Shown here piece by piece: positions 9,803 to 18,360 of a stretch of 64,000 nucleotides of DNA. The notes beneath the pieces are model-generated. The model ran no database searches and was not told the origin of the DNA. It worked only from the letters and a program-made list of their open reading frames with translations. A program made the translations under genes and the position numbers. Source of the DNA: Candidatus Omnitrophota bacterium (GTDB lineage Bacteria; Omnitrophota; Gorgyraeia; Gygaellales; Profunditerraquicolaceae). Numbering within the stretch: position 1 is the stretch's first letter; each line of letters opens with the position of its first letter. Where the stretch lies: positions 71,903-135,902 of the forward strand of contig JAUSED010000003.1 in NCBI GenBank assembly GCA_030650425.1, given 5' to 3'.

Positions 9803-10720
9803 ATGGATTTTAAAAAAATACGTAAAAGTGCCCTTCGGTTTCTCAGTTGGGTTGGCTTAACCGCGAGTTCTTTGATCATTAAGCTTATTCCGGCTTGTTT
9901 ACTCTATAAGTTTGCGGATATAGTGAGTTTCTTGGCCTATCGATTCGCCGTTAAACAAAGGCAGGTTGCTTTGGAAAGCTTGGCTATTGCTTTTGGCCAA
10001 GATAAAACTAAAGAGCAAATGGAGCGGATTGCCAGAGATTGCTTTATTTTTATGGCTAAATCAGCGGTAGAGTTGATGTTTCTTATGGACAAGCCGCTTA
10101 TCTTAAAAGAGCGCGTCAGCATAGAAGGCCGGGAAAACTTAGACCTTGCTTTAACCGGTGGATGCGGCGTAATTTTGGTCAGCGCGCACTTCGGTAATTT
10201 TCCGCTCCTGCTCGGAAGATTGGCGGTCGGGGGCTACAAGGCTGCCGGAATTATGAAACCGATGCATGATGCGCGGGTGGAAAAGATTTTTTTGGAAAAA
10301 CGCAATAAATTCGGGGTAAAGACCATCTATAGCCAACCGCGCGATGTGTGCGTGAATAATACGATACAGGCTTTACGCAACAATGAACTGGTTTTTATCC
10401 CTATCGATCAGAATTTTGGGAGTGGAGGGGTATTCGTTACTTTTTTTGGCAAAAAAGCAGCCACTGCCGCCGGCCCGATAATCTTGTCGCAGCGCACGCA
10501 TGCCGCGCTTTTACCCTGTTTTATTATCAGGCAGCCTGACGATACGCATAAGATTATTTTTGAACCGGCATTAAAATTAGAAGAAGGAGAAAATTCTCAA
10601 GATACAATTCTGATCAATACCCAGAAATTGACCAATATTATAGAGGCGTATATCCGTAAATACCCTGCGGAGTGGGGATGGATCCACCGCAGATGGAAGA
10701 GGCAACCTGAGGAGGTGTGA
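9803..10720 (+). CDS. Lipid A/lysophospholipid acyltransferase (LpxL/HtrB family)
   Basis: SAHFGNF, IDQN, FVTFFG, IRKYPAEWGWIHRRWK. Confidence 0.85.
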   Translation: MDFKKIRKSALRFLSWVGLTASSLIIKLIPACLLYKFADIVSFLAYRFAVKQRQVALESLAIAFGQDKTKEQMERIARDCFIFMAKSAVELMFLMDKPLILKERVSIEGRENLDLALTGGCGVILVSAHFGNFPLLLGRLAVGGYKAAGIMKPMHDARVEKIFLEKRNKFGVKTIYSQPRDVCVNNTIQALRNNELVFIPIDQNFGSGGVFVTFFGKKAATAAGPIILSQRTHAALLPCFIIRQPDDTHKIIFEPALKLEEGENSQDTILINTQKLTNIIEAYIRKYPAEWGWIHRRWKRQPEEV

Positions 10721-10722
10721 CA

Positions 10723-10923
10723 ATGGCGGAAGAAACGAAGAATCTTGACGCAAAGAAGGGCTTGGCTGCTTTTTTCAAAGTTATTTTGGGGCTTATTTTC
10801 CTAATATTAGGAGGAGCGGCTATTTTAAGCTGGTGGGGTTTTCTCCTTATGATCATTAAAGGATGCATCGGTTTGTTCTTGGTCTTGGCAGGGATAATCA
10901 CCTTGGCGATAGCTAAAGAATAA
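10723..10923 (+). CDS. Small two-TM membrane protein
   Basis: GGAGGT SD before ATG 10723. Two hydrophobic segments. Confidence 0.7.
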   Translation: MAEETKNLDAKKGLAAFFKVILGLIFLILGGAAILSWWGFLLMIIKGCIGLFLVLAGIITLAIAKE

Positions 10924-10928
10924 AAACA

Positions 10929-11067
10929 TGGGACCGTTTCTATCTTTCCAGGGTAGGTGCGCTCAGGGGACACTTTTCTCACAGCAGTAGGGGACACTTT
11001 CCTTTTGAAGTTCTAGTTAGAGCCCTGACGGAAAGTGTCCCCTTCAGGGGAAAATAGAAGCGTCCCC
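10929..11067. repeat. Nested palindromic element copy B
   Basis: Outer arms GGGACCGTTTCTATCTTTCC / GGAAAATAGAAGCGTCCCC. 10960-11043 is identical to 11656-11739. Confidence 0.9.
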
Positions 11068-11078
11068 TTTTTGCTATC

Positions 11079-11107
11079 TTGACAAAGGTTATTGCCCGTG
11101 GTAATAT
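11079..11107 (+). promoter_or_regulatory. Sigma70-type promoter
   Basis: TTGACA-17 nt-TAATAT with extended TG, upstream of GAGGAGGT SD. Confidence 0.55.
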
Positions 11108-11129
11108 ATTTTTTATGAGGAGGTGTACT

Positions 11130-11624
11130 ATGAGGATAAAAATAACCGTAATCTTAGTATTATCAATATTGGTAAGCGCCGGTTTAGCTTTAAGCGAGGA
11201 TAGCGCAGGGACTCAGGCAACAAGCGCTCCTGCCTTGCCGGAAAGCAGTGATTCCAGTACACAATGGGTCTGGGGCGAGGTTGTAAACGTAGATAGCCTT
11301 GGTAAGGCGTTTACGCTTAAATATCTTGATTATGAGACTGATCAGGAGAAGGAATTATCTCTGACCGTGGATGACGCGACCAGTTATCAGAATTTTAAAT
11401 CTTTAGATGATATTCAGCCAAAAGATAATTTAAGCATTGATTATATCGCCAAAGACGGTAAGAACATTGCTAAGAGTATAAGTCTCGAGAAAACCGAAAG
11501 CGCCTCCTTAGAGAATAAAACAGAGACAGACGCAGCTAGCCCGGAAGCTGTTCAACCAGCGGCTACTCCACAAGCAGGGAGTACCGGCGCAGAGAAGCCG
11601 GAAACATCTGCTCAAACTAATTAA
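11130..11624 (+). CDS. Secreted hypothetical protein (possible OB-like beta domain with low-complexity acidic tails)
   Basis: GAGGAGGT SD, signal peptide, WVWGEVVNVD...DIQPKDNLSIDY core. Confidence 0.75.
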   Translation: MRIKITVILVLSILVSAGLALSEDSAGTQATSAPALPESSDSSTQWVWGEVVNVDSLGKAFTLKYLDYETDQEKELSLTVDDATSYQNFKSLDDIQPKDNLSIDYIAKDGKNIAKSISLEKTESASLENKTETDAASPEAVQPAATPQAGSTGAEKPETSAQTN

Positions 11625-11634
11625 TAAAAAGCTA

Positions 11635-11789
11635 GGGGACGGTTCTATTTTTTCCCGCTCAGGGGACACTTTTCTCACAGCAGTAGGGGACACTTTCCTT
11701 TTGAAGTTCTAGTTAGAGCCCTGACGGAAAGTGTCCCCTAGTTGTGAGTTAGGAAAGTGTCCCCTTCAGGGAAAAATAGAACCGTCCCC
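11635..11789. repeat. Nested palindromic element copy C (most complete, three tiers)
   Basis: GGGGACGGTTCTATTTTTTCCC / GGGAAAAATAGAACCGTCCCC enclosing two nested AGGGGACACTTT/AAAGTGTCCCCT pairs. Confidence 0.92.
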
Positions 11790-11799
11790 ATTTATTCTG

Positions 11800-12507
11800 A
11801 TGAAACTTAAATGGTTTTTGATTACGGGATGCATTATTCCGGTTTTAGCCTTAACGGGCTGCGCGGTTTTGAAGAAGCCTGTCCAGCTGGTCGATCGATT
11901 TATCGGTTCTACCCTCTTTCCTCCTTATTCCGGCCCAAAGGCAAGCGTGGTCGTCGCTGATTTTGAGATCAAGACCGCTAATCTCACTACGGAGGTGAAC
12001 ACCGGATTACGCGATATGTTAATAGAAGGCCTAAATAAGACCAATCGTTTTTTAGCAGTCTCCGCGCCTAAAGATCACCTTGAAAATAACGCCGGATTAA
12101 TCATCGCGGTTGAAGTAACAAATTTTGATCCGCTGATATCAGGCGGGAGCGAAGGGGTTGGCGGCGGTGGAAGCGCTGCCAGCGGAACCCTGGGTTCTTT
12201 ATTGGGCGTGGTTACCAACAAATCAACCATAGTTTTGAATATCCGTGTTGTTGACGCGGCATCGTCGAAAGTATTATTTTCGGAGCGCCTTAGTGGACAG
12301 GGTGTCGATAGCGAAAGCCTGCGCCGGGGACGTCAGAATAAAGAGACTAGTTTAAATGAAAGCCTGTCTGCTTATGCCAATACGCCTATGGAAGAGGCGA
12401 TTGACAAATGTATTATGGAAGCCGTGAGGTATATCGCGCAGAAGGTTCCGGCAAACTATTATAGAGAGGATAAAAATGGGAAAGCGCAAACGCAGGGGAA
12501 AACTTAA
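11800..12507 (+). CDS. CsgG/HfaB-family lipoprotein
   Basis: Lipobox LTGC, YSGPKASVVVADF, L-KTNRF, IRVVDAASSKVL, TPMEEAI. Confidence 0.75.
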   Translation: MKLKWFLITGCIIPVLALTGCAVLKKPVQLVDRFIGSTLFPPYSGPKASVVVADFEIKTANLTTEVNTGLRDMLIEGLNKTNRFLAVSAPKDHLENNAGLIIAVEVTNFDPLISGGSEGVGGGGSAASGTLGSLLGVVTNKSTIVLNIRVVDAASSKVLFSERLSGQGVDSESLRRGRQNKETSLNESLSAYANTPMEEAIDKCIMEAVRYIAQKVPANYYREDKNGKAQTQGKT

Positions 12508-12556
12508 TTGGCGTTCCAAGAAGGCTAACAAGGGGAGAAGGCCTAATTTAGGTTAA
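12476..12556 (+). CDS. 26-aa basic peptide resembling ribosomal protein bL37
   Basis: GAGGA SD, then ATG 12476: MGKRKRRGKLNWRSKKANKGRRPNLG. The C-terminal KANxGxRPN matches mycobacterial bL37 (KANHGKRPN). Confidence 0.7.
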   Translation: MGKRKRRGKLNWRSKKANKGRRPNLG

Positions 12557-12578
12557 CAAGCCGATTCCTCAAGCTATT

Positions 12579-13319
12579 ATGGTATTGGGTTGGATACTTC
12601 TAAGTACTTTTTTTGTCAGTATTATTTCGCTCGCCGGCGTACTTACCATAGCGATAAAAGACGAGCTGCTGCATAAGATTATCTTTTGCTTTATCGGTTT
12701 TTCCGCCGGAGCGCTTATCGGCAGCGCTTTCCTGCACATCTTGCCGGAGTCTTTAGAAAAAACCAATAGCACCGCTGTTTTCTATTATCTTATCCTGGGT
12801 TTAACCCTATTCTTTCTATTAGAGAGATATCTTCATTGGCGGCACTGCCACGATAAAGACTGCCAAGTCCACGCCTTTACTTACCTGAACCTTTTCGGAG
12901 AGGCTTTCCATAATTTTATTGACGGTATCGCTATCGCCGCGAGTTTCATTATTTCTGTCAAACTGGGGATTGCCACAACCTTAGCGATTATCCTGCACGA
13001 GATCCCTAAGGAATTGGGGAATTTCGGAGTGCTTATTTACGGAGGATTTTCGCGGGGAAGGGCTTTGTTCTATAATTTTATTTCGGCTTTAATGGCGATC
13101 ATCGGCGCGCTAATCGGGTATTTTATAGCTGACTTCGCGCATGGTTTCTCTAATTTTATTATGCCGATGACCGCCGGCGGATTTATTTATATCGCCGCCT
13201 CCGACCTTATCCCGGAGATACATAAAGAGAAGGACCAGAAGCGCGCCACCCTCGCATTTATCTCTTTCTTGTTCGGAGTTGTATTTATGGCATTAGCCAA
13301 GATTTTACTGAAGGATTAA
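12579..13319 (+). CDS. ZIP family metal transporter
   Basis: HWRHCH loop, FHNFIDG, LHEIPKELG, GGFIYIAASDLIPE. Confidence 0.92.
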   Translation: MVLGWILLSTFFVSIISLAGVLTIAIKDELLHKIIFCFIGFSAGALIGSAFLHILPESLEKTNSTAVFYYLILGLTLFFLLERYLHWRHCHDKDCQVHAFTYLNLFGEAFHNFIDGIAIAASFIISVKLGIATTLAIILHEIPKELGNFGVLIYGGFSRGRALFYNFISALMAIIGALIGYFIADFAHGFSNFIMPMTAGGFIYIAASDLIPEIHKEKDQKRATLAFISFLFGVVFMALAKILLKD

Positions 13320-13324
13320 CAATT

Positions 13325-14320
13325 ATGAAAGCGATTGCTTTGATTTCTGGTGGTTTAGACAGTATCCTGGCTGCAAGGATAATTAAGGAGCAGGGTATTG
13401 AAGTATTACCTTTAAATTTTAAGATCCCTTTTTGCCCCCGTAAAAAAGCGGGTTCACCCGATAATGGCATAAGTTCCTTAGTAAAACGGAATTTGAGCGA
13501 AGAACTTAAAGTGGTTGATATAAGCGCTGATTTTTTGGGATTGCTTTTGGAGCCTAAGTATGGGTTTGGTTCAAATATGAATCCTTGCATAGACTGTAAG
13601 ATTTTTATGCTAAGCAAGGCCAGGGAATTACTCCAGATAATGGGGGCGCAATTTGTGGTTACCGGAGAGGTGCTCGGCCAGAGGCCGATGTCCCAGCATA
13701 GAAGGGCACTCAATCTTATTGAAAAAGAGAGCGGCTTAACCGGATTATTGCTCAGGCCTTTGTGCGCCGGGTTATTGCCGAAAACCCTCCCGGAAAAAGA
13801 GGGTTGGGTTAAGCGCGAGAGATTATTTAAATTCAGCGGAAGGACCCGCCGGCCGCAAATGGACTTAGCTCAGGAGTTCAAGATGGAGCATTATCCTAAC
13901 GCCGCGGGAGGGTGCCTCTTAACCGATCCCGGATTCTCCGTCAGGCTCAAAGACCTGATTAAGCATCAGGCCTTTAGCCTGGAAAATATAGGATTATTAA
14001 AGATTGGGAGGCATTTTAGATTGGCCGAGAACGCGAAATTAATCGTCGGACGTAACGAAGAGGAGAATAAAGAATTAGAGGCAGTTAGCGCTTGCGGAGA
14101 CTATTTATTTATGCCGGATGAAGAGACAGCCGGGCCTACCTGTCTTGGCAGGGGTGAATTCGATGATCAGCTGATAAAGTTTTCTGCTCAAATAGTCTGC
14201 CATTATTGTGATTTAAATGGCGCTGTAGGCGCTGAAATAATTTATACCCATCAGGGAGTATCCTATTCCGCGCAGGCCGCGCCTATTGCCGAAAACAGAT
14301 TAACGAGCTTGAGAATATGA
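13325..14320 (+). CDS. ThiI-like PP-loop tRNA sulfurtransferase (no THUMP; C-terminal NFACT-R-like region)
   Basis: SGGLDS, NPCIDCK, TGEVLGQRPMSQ, PNAAGGCLLT, GRHFRL. Confidence 0.8.
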   Translation: MKAIALISGGLDSILAARIIKEQGIEVLPLNFKIPFCPRKKAGSPDNGISSLVKRNLSEELKVVDISADFLGLLLEPKYGFGSNMNPCIDCKIFMLSKARELLQIMGAQFVVTGEVLGQRPMSQHRRALNLIEKESGLTGLLLRPLCAGLLPKTLPEKEGWVKRERLFKFSGRTRRPQMDLAQEFKMEHYPNAAGGCLLTDPGFSVRLKDLIKHQAFSLENIGLLKIGRHFRLAENAKLIVGRNEEENKELEAVSACGDYLFMPDEETAGPTCLGRGEFDDQLIKFSAQIVCHYCDLNGAVGAEIIYTHQGVSYSAQAAPIAENRLTSLRI

Positions 14321-15330
14321 AAGAAGCGTTTCTTTATGAAAAATTAACTAAAAAAATAGTTCATTGTTATCTCTGCAGCCATCATTGTAGAATCGCCAAT
14401 CGTAAATTCGGCTTTTGCGGGGTAAGGGAGAATGTGGAAGGGACTTTATATACTCATGCCTATGGTAATGTTGTCGCGGCGCAGGTCGATCCGATTGAGA
14501 AAAAACCGTTGTATCATTTCCTGCCCGGATCTAAAAGTTTTTCCATAGCGGCCTTAGGTTGTAATTTCCGTTGCTCTTTCTGCCAGAACTGGGAAATTTC
14601 CCAGCAGCCAAATAAATCCGGCGCTAATTTACAAGAAGAGGAATTTCTTCCTGCTGATATAGCAGAGGAAGCCCTTAAGAATGACTGTCAAAGTATCTCC
14701 TATACTTATACTGAGCCGACCATCTTTTTTGAATACGCTTATGAAACTGCGCAGGCAGCCAAAGAAAGCGGTTTATGTAACATTTTTGTCACTAACGGAT
14801 ATATGACTAAAGAATGTATTACCATGATTAAACCTTATTTAGATGCCGCCAATATCGACCTTAAATTTTTTAATGACGCAAGCTATCAAAAGAACTGCGC
14901 GGGGAGGCTGAAACCGGTATTGGATTCTATCCGGTTGATGAAAGAGCTTGGTATTTGGGTAGAGGTAACTACTTTGGTGATTCCCGGGGAGAATGACTCT
15001 GAAGCCGAGTTGTCCGGGATAGCCGATTTTCTCGCCGGAGTGGATAAGGCTATGCCTTGGCATATTTCGCGTTTTCATCCTGATTATAAATTCCGTAAAT
15101 ACGGGCTTACTCCCGAAGATACACTTAAAAAGGCCTACTCTATCGGGGTTAAGGCGGGACTGGATTTTATCTATATAGGTAATGTCAGCGGCTGGGGGAA
15201 TGATACGCTTTGCCCTAGCTGCAAAAAAATATTAATTAAAAGGGAATATTTTAATATTTTGGAGTATAATATCCAAGAAAATAAGTGCATTTATTGCCAA
15301 AAAGAGGTACCGGGAGTATTCAAGGGTTAG
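14317..15330 (+). CDS. amrS: AmmeMemoRadiSam system radical SAM enzyme
   Basis: CYLCSHHC...CGVR, DPIEKKPLYHF, GCNFRCSFCQNWEIS, YTYTEP, SRFHPDY, YIGNV. Confidence 0.88.
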   Translation: MKEAFLYEKLTKKIVHCYLCSHHCRIANRKFGFCGVRENVEGTLYTHAYGNVVAAQVDPIEKKPLYHFLPGSKSFSIAALGCNFRCSFCQNWEISQQPNKSGANLQEEEFLPADIAEEALKNDCQSISYTYTEPTIFFEYAYETAQAAKESGLCNIFVTNGYMTKECITMIKPYLDAANIDLKFFNDASYQKNCAGRLKPVLDSIRLMKELGIWVEVTTLVIPGENDSEAELSGIADFLAGVDKAMPWHISRFHPDYKFRKYGLTPEDTLKKAYSIGVKAGLDFIYIGNVSGWGNDTLCPSCKKILIKREYFNILEYNIQENKCIYCQKEVPGVFKG

Positions 15331-15331
15331 A

Positions 15332-15994
15332 ATGAAGATCATCAATCCGGAAAAGTGCGTTGTTTTCTTTGATTTTGATAATACTATTGCTACCTGCGAT
15401 GTGTTTGATAGTATGCTGCCCCGTTTTTCTCAAGATGACCTATGGGTAAAACTAGAGAAGGACTGGCAGAAGGGGAAGATCGGCTCGCATGCCTGCCTTG
15501 AGGGCCAGATTAGCGGAATCAGCATCACCAAGCAGGCGCTGGATAAATATTTAGCCGGTATAAAATTAGACCCTTACTTTAAAAAAATAGTAACGTCGCT
15601 ATCCGCCAGTAAAGTACAGGTGATCGTATTAAGCGATAATTTTGATTATATCTTAAAGCGCATATTAGGCTTTAACTCCATCAGGAATTTAAAGGTTTAT
15701 TCCAATAAGTTAAAATTTACCGAAGATAAACTCATTCCTTACTTTCCATTCAAGAGCAAGAAGTGCCAGGTATGCGCCCATTGCAAGACAAAAAATCTCT
15801 TGGCAAACGTAACCCCGGATTCTATAATAATCTATGTAGGAGACGGCCGTTCGGATATCTGTCCGTCACAGTACGCGGACCTGGTATTTGCCAAAGACTC
15901 TCTCTTAAAGTATTTTCAGGATAAGAAACTTACCTGTTTTGCTTACGAGTCTTTAAAAGACGTTTATACTTATTTTAAAAGGAGTTTTGTGTGA
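15332..15994 (+). CDS. MtnX-like HAD-IB family phosphatase
   Basis: DFDNTI, LSDNF, CAHCK, VGDGRSDIC, VFAK. Confidence 0.85.
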   Translation: MKIINPEKCVVFFDFDNTIATCDVFDSMLPRFSQDDLWVKLEKDWQKGKIGSHACLEGQISGISITKQALDKYLAGIKLDPYFKKIVTSLSASKVQVIVLSDNFDYILKRILGFNSIRNLKVYSNKLKFTEDKLIPYFPFKSKKCQVCAHCKTKNLLANVTPDSIIIYVGDGRSDICPSQYADLVFAKDSLLKYFQDKKLTCFAYESLKDVYTYFKRSFV

Positions 15995-17412
15995 ACCAGA
16001 AACTGGCGAGTAAAAAACCCAAAATCGATAATAAAGTTCCGGCTCCTTCAAACGAACTCTTGGAATTGGAAGCAAAATATTGTTCTTGGGGGGATACGGT
16101 GCATTACGCGGATAAACTTAATATATTCAAGGCCGCTGATGGCAGTTTTTTATATGACAAGGCCGGCGTTGAGTTCCTGGATTTACAGATGTGGTACTCC
16201 GCGGTTAATTTTGGATACAGGAATAAGCGCCTGAATACCGCCCTTAAAGAACAGATTGATACCCTGCCGCAATTGGCCTGTCAGTATTTGCACGAAGAGA
16301 AAATTCAATTGGCTGCCAAAATCAGCCGTAGGAACGAAATGACCTTTGAGGAGAAGGGGAGAGTGCATTTTAATGTCGGCGGTTCGTCAGCCTTAGAGGA
16401 TTCGTTAAAGCTGGTGAGGAATCATTCGGGCCGCAGCCTGGTTTTTGCTTTTATGGGCGGTTACCACGGCAGGACCCTGGCAGCTTCGGCAATTACCTCA
16501 AGTTTTCGCTATAGAGAGCGCTTTGGGCATTTCGGAGACAGGGCGAACTTTGTGCCGTTTCCTTATTGTTTTCGCTGCCCGTATGATAAAAAGAAAGATT
16601 TTTGCGACCTCTACTGCTTAAAGCAATTCGAAAGGTTGTTTGAAACAGAATATTATTCGATCGTCAATAAGAAGACGAATAAGTGCGAATTTTCCGCTTT
16701 TTACGTTGAAGCAGTGCAGGGGACCGGCGGCTACATCATTCCGCCGCAGGAGTATTTCTCAGGTTTAAAAGAAATCCTGGATAGATACGGCATACTCTTG
16801 GTGGATGACGAAATACAGATGGGATTCTTTAGGACCGGAAAATTCTGGGCTATAGAACATTTCAACGTTACTCCTGACATAATTGTCTTTGGGAAGGCCC
16901 TGACCAACGGCCTGAATCCCATTTCCGGGATTTGGGCAAAAGAAAAATTCATTTCTCCGGATGTCTTTCCGCCGGGATCCACCCATGCTACATTCTCTTC
17001 CAATCCCTTAGGTACGGCAGTAGGTTTAGAGGTAATGAAAGTGATAGAAGAGTCTAACTTTAGCGTGGATATCCCTGAAAAGGGCCGATATTTTCTTAAC
17101 CGTTTTAAGAAACTGCAAAAGAAGTACCCACAGATAGGCGACGTTGACGGTTTGGGGATGGCTATACGCGTGGAGATGTGCGAAAAGGATGGTTACACCC
17201 CGAGCAAAGAGCTGGCCGACAGGATAGTGGATTTAGGCCTGAGCGGAGATCTTAGTGTGGGCGGGAAAAAGCGCGGCCTGATTTTAGATATCGGCGGTTA
17301 TTACAAAAATGTCTTTACCATGGCGCCCTCTTTCTATATTAGCGAAAAAGAGATCGACCTTGGAGTTGATCTCTTTGAAGAAGCGCTCTCTAAAGCGTTA
17401 AAGCAATCTTAA
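15991..17412 (+). CDS. Class III PLP aminotransferase
   Basis: GGYHGRT, EAVQGTGG, DDEIQMGFFRTG, FGKALTNG, HATFSSNP. Confidence 0.9.
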   Translation: MNQKLASKKPKIDNKVPAPSNELLELEAKYCSWGDTVHYADKLNIFKAADGSFLYDKAGVEFLDLQMWYSAVNFGYRNKRLNTALKEQIDTLPQLACQYLHEEKIQLAAKISRRNEMTFEEKGRVHFNVGGSSALEDSLKLVRNHSGRSLVFAFMGGYHGRTLAASAITSSFRYRERFGHFGDRANFVPFPYCFRCPYDKKKDFCDLYCLKQFERLFETEYYSIVNKKTNKCEFSAFYVEAVQGTGGYIIPPQEYFSGLKEILDRYGILLVDDEIQMGFFRTGKFWAIEHFNVTPDIIVFGKALTNGLNPISGIWAKEKFISPDVFPPGSTHATFSSNPLGTAVGLEVMKVIEESNFSVDIPEKGRYFLNRFKKLQKKYPQIGDVDGLGMAIRVEMCEKDGYTPSKELADRIVDLGLSGDLSVGGKKRGLILDIGGYYKNVFTMAPSFYISEKEIDLGVDLFEEALSKALKQS

Positions 17413-17430
17413 AAAAATATTCCCTTCTTT

Positions 17431-18360
17431 ATGCTTGAGCCGCCTATCCGCGTTTTGGATTTTGATGGCAGCGTTATAAAACAGCATAATCTCTTATCGC
17501 AATATCCGCACCAGATTATCGCCTTAAAAGACATGGCTCCCGGAGCCCGCCTATGGATGAATAAACGCGTCAAGCGCGCTATTTTGGAGCGCCTAAGGCA
17601 AACCCGGAAAAATTGCGTTACTTTTCTTGGTTCCGGAGATTTTCATCACCTTAGCCTGCTTCTTTTAGAACAATTCCAAGAGCCAATCTCGCTGATCACT
17701 TTTGATTTTCATCCTGATTGGGATATTTTACCTCCACGGCTGGCCTGTGGTTCTTGGGTAACCCAAGCCCTCAAGAAAAAGAATATCCTTAAATGCGCGC
17801 TGATCGGCGTATCCAGCGATGATCTTTCCTGGCCTGGGATACAAAGCGCCAACTTAGCCTGCCTTAAGCATAATCGATTGGAAATTTACCCCTATGTTCA
17901 CGCGCCTTCAGCGGTTTTCTTGAGAAGGGTCCCGCAGAATATTTCTTTAAAGGCGAGGCCATCTTTCCTGAGCGCTAAGATTTATTGGGAAGAGCTAAAA
18001 AGCAAAAACCTGGAGGATTTTTTCCGTTCGTTGATTAGGCGCCTGCCCGCGGAAAAGGTGTATCTTTCTATTGATAAAGACTGTCTGCGGAATGAATTTG
18101 CTTTAACTAATTGGGAAGAGGGTAAGTTAGCGCTGGATGAGCTTATTCTAATGCTCAGGCTGATCAAAGAGAATCTGGAGATAGTCGGTTTGGATATTAG
18201 CGGAGATTATTCCAAGATTGCTCCATCCGGTTTATTTAAGGATTTGATTTCGCGCTTTGACCATCCCCATAAAGTTGAGGCGGATAAAATTTCCGGGGAA
18301 GAGATAACTAGGGTTAACCAATCAACTAATCTTAAAATACTGGAAACTATTTTTAGTTAA
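17431..18360 (+). CDS. Ureohydrolase (arginase-fold) family protein
   Basis: FLGSGDFHH, FDFHPDW, YLSIDKD, GLDISGD. Confidence 0.75.
   Translation: MLEPPIRVLDFDGSVIKQHNLLSQYPHQIIALKDMAPGARLWMNKRVKRAILERLRQTRKNCVTFLGSGDFHHLSLLLLEQFQEPISLITFDFHPDWDILPPRLACGSWVTQALKKKNILKCALIGVSSDDLSWPGIQSANLACLKHNRLEIYPYVHAPSAVFLRRVPQNISLKARPSFLSAKIYWEELKSKNLEDFFRSLIRRLPAEKVYLSIDKDCLRNEFALTNWEEGKLALDELILMLRLIKENLEIVGLDISGDYSKIAPSGLFKDLISRFDHPHKVEADKISGEEITRVNQSTNLKILETIFS

Noticed and set aside
10929-11789. GGGGACACTTT repeats as a CRISPR array
   Set aside because: The repeats are inverted and nested, the intervening sequence is identical between copies rather than unique spacers, and no cas genes are present.
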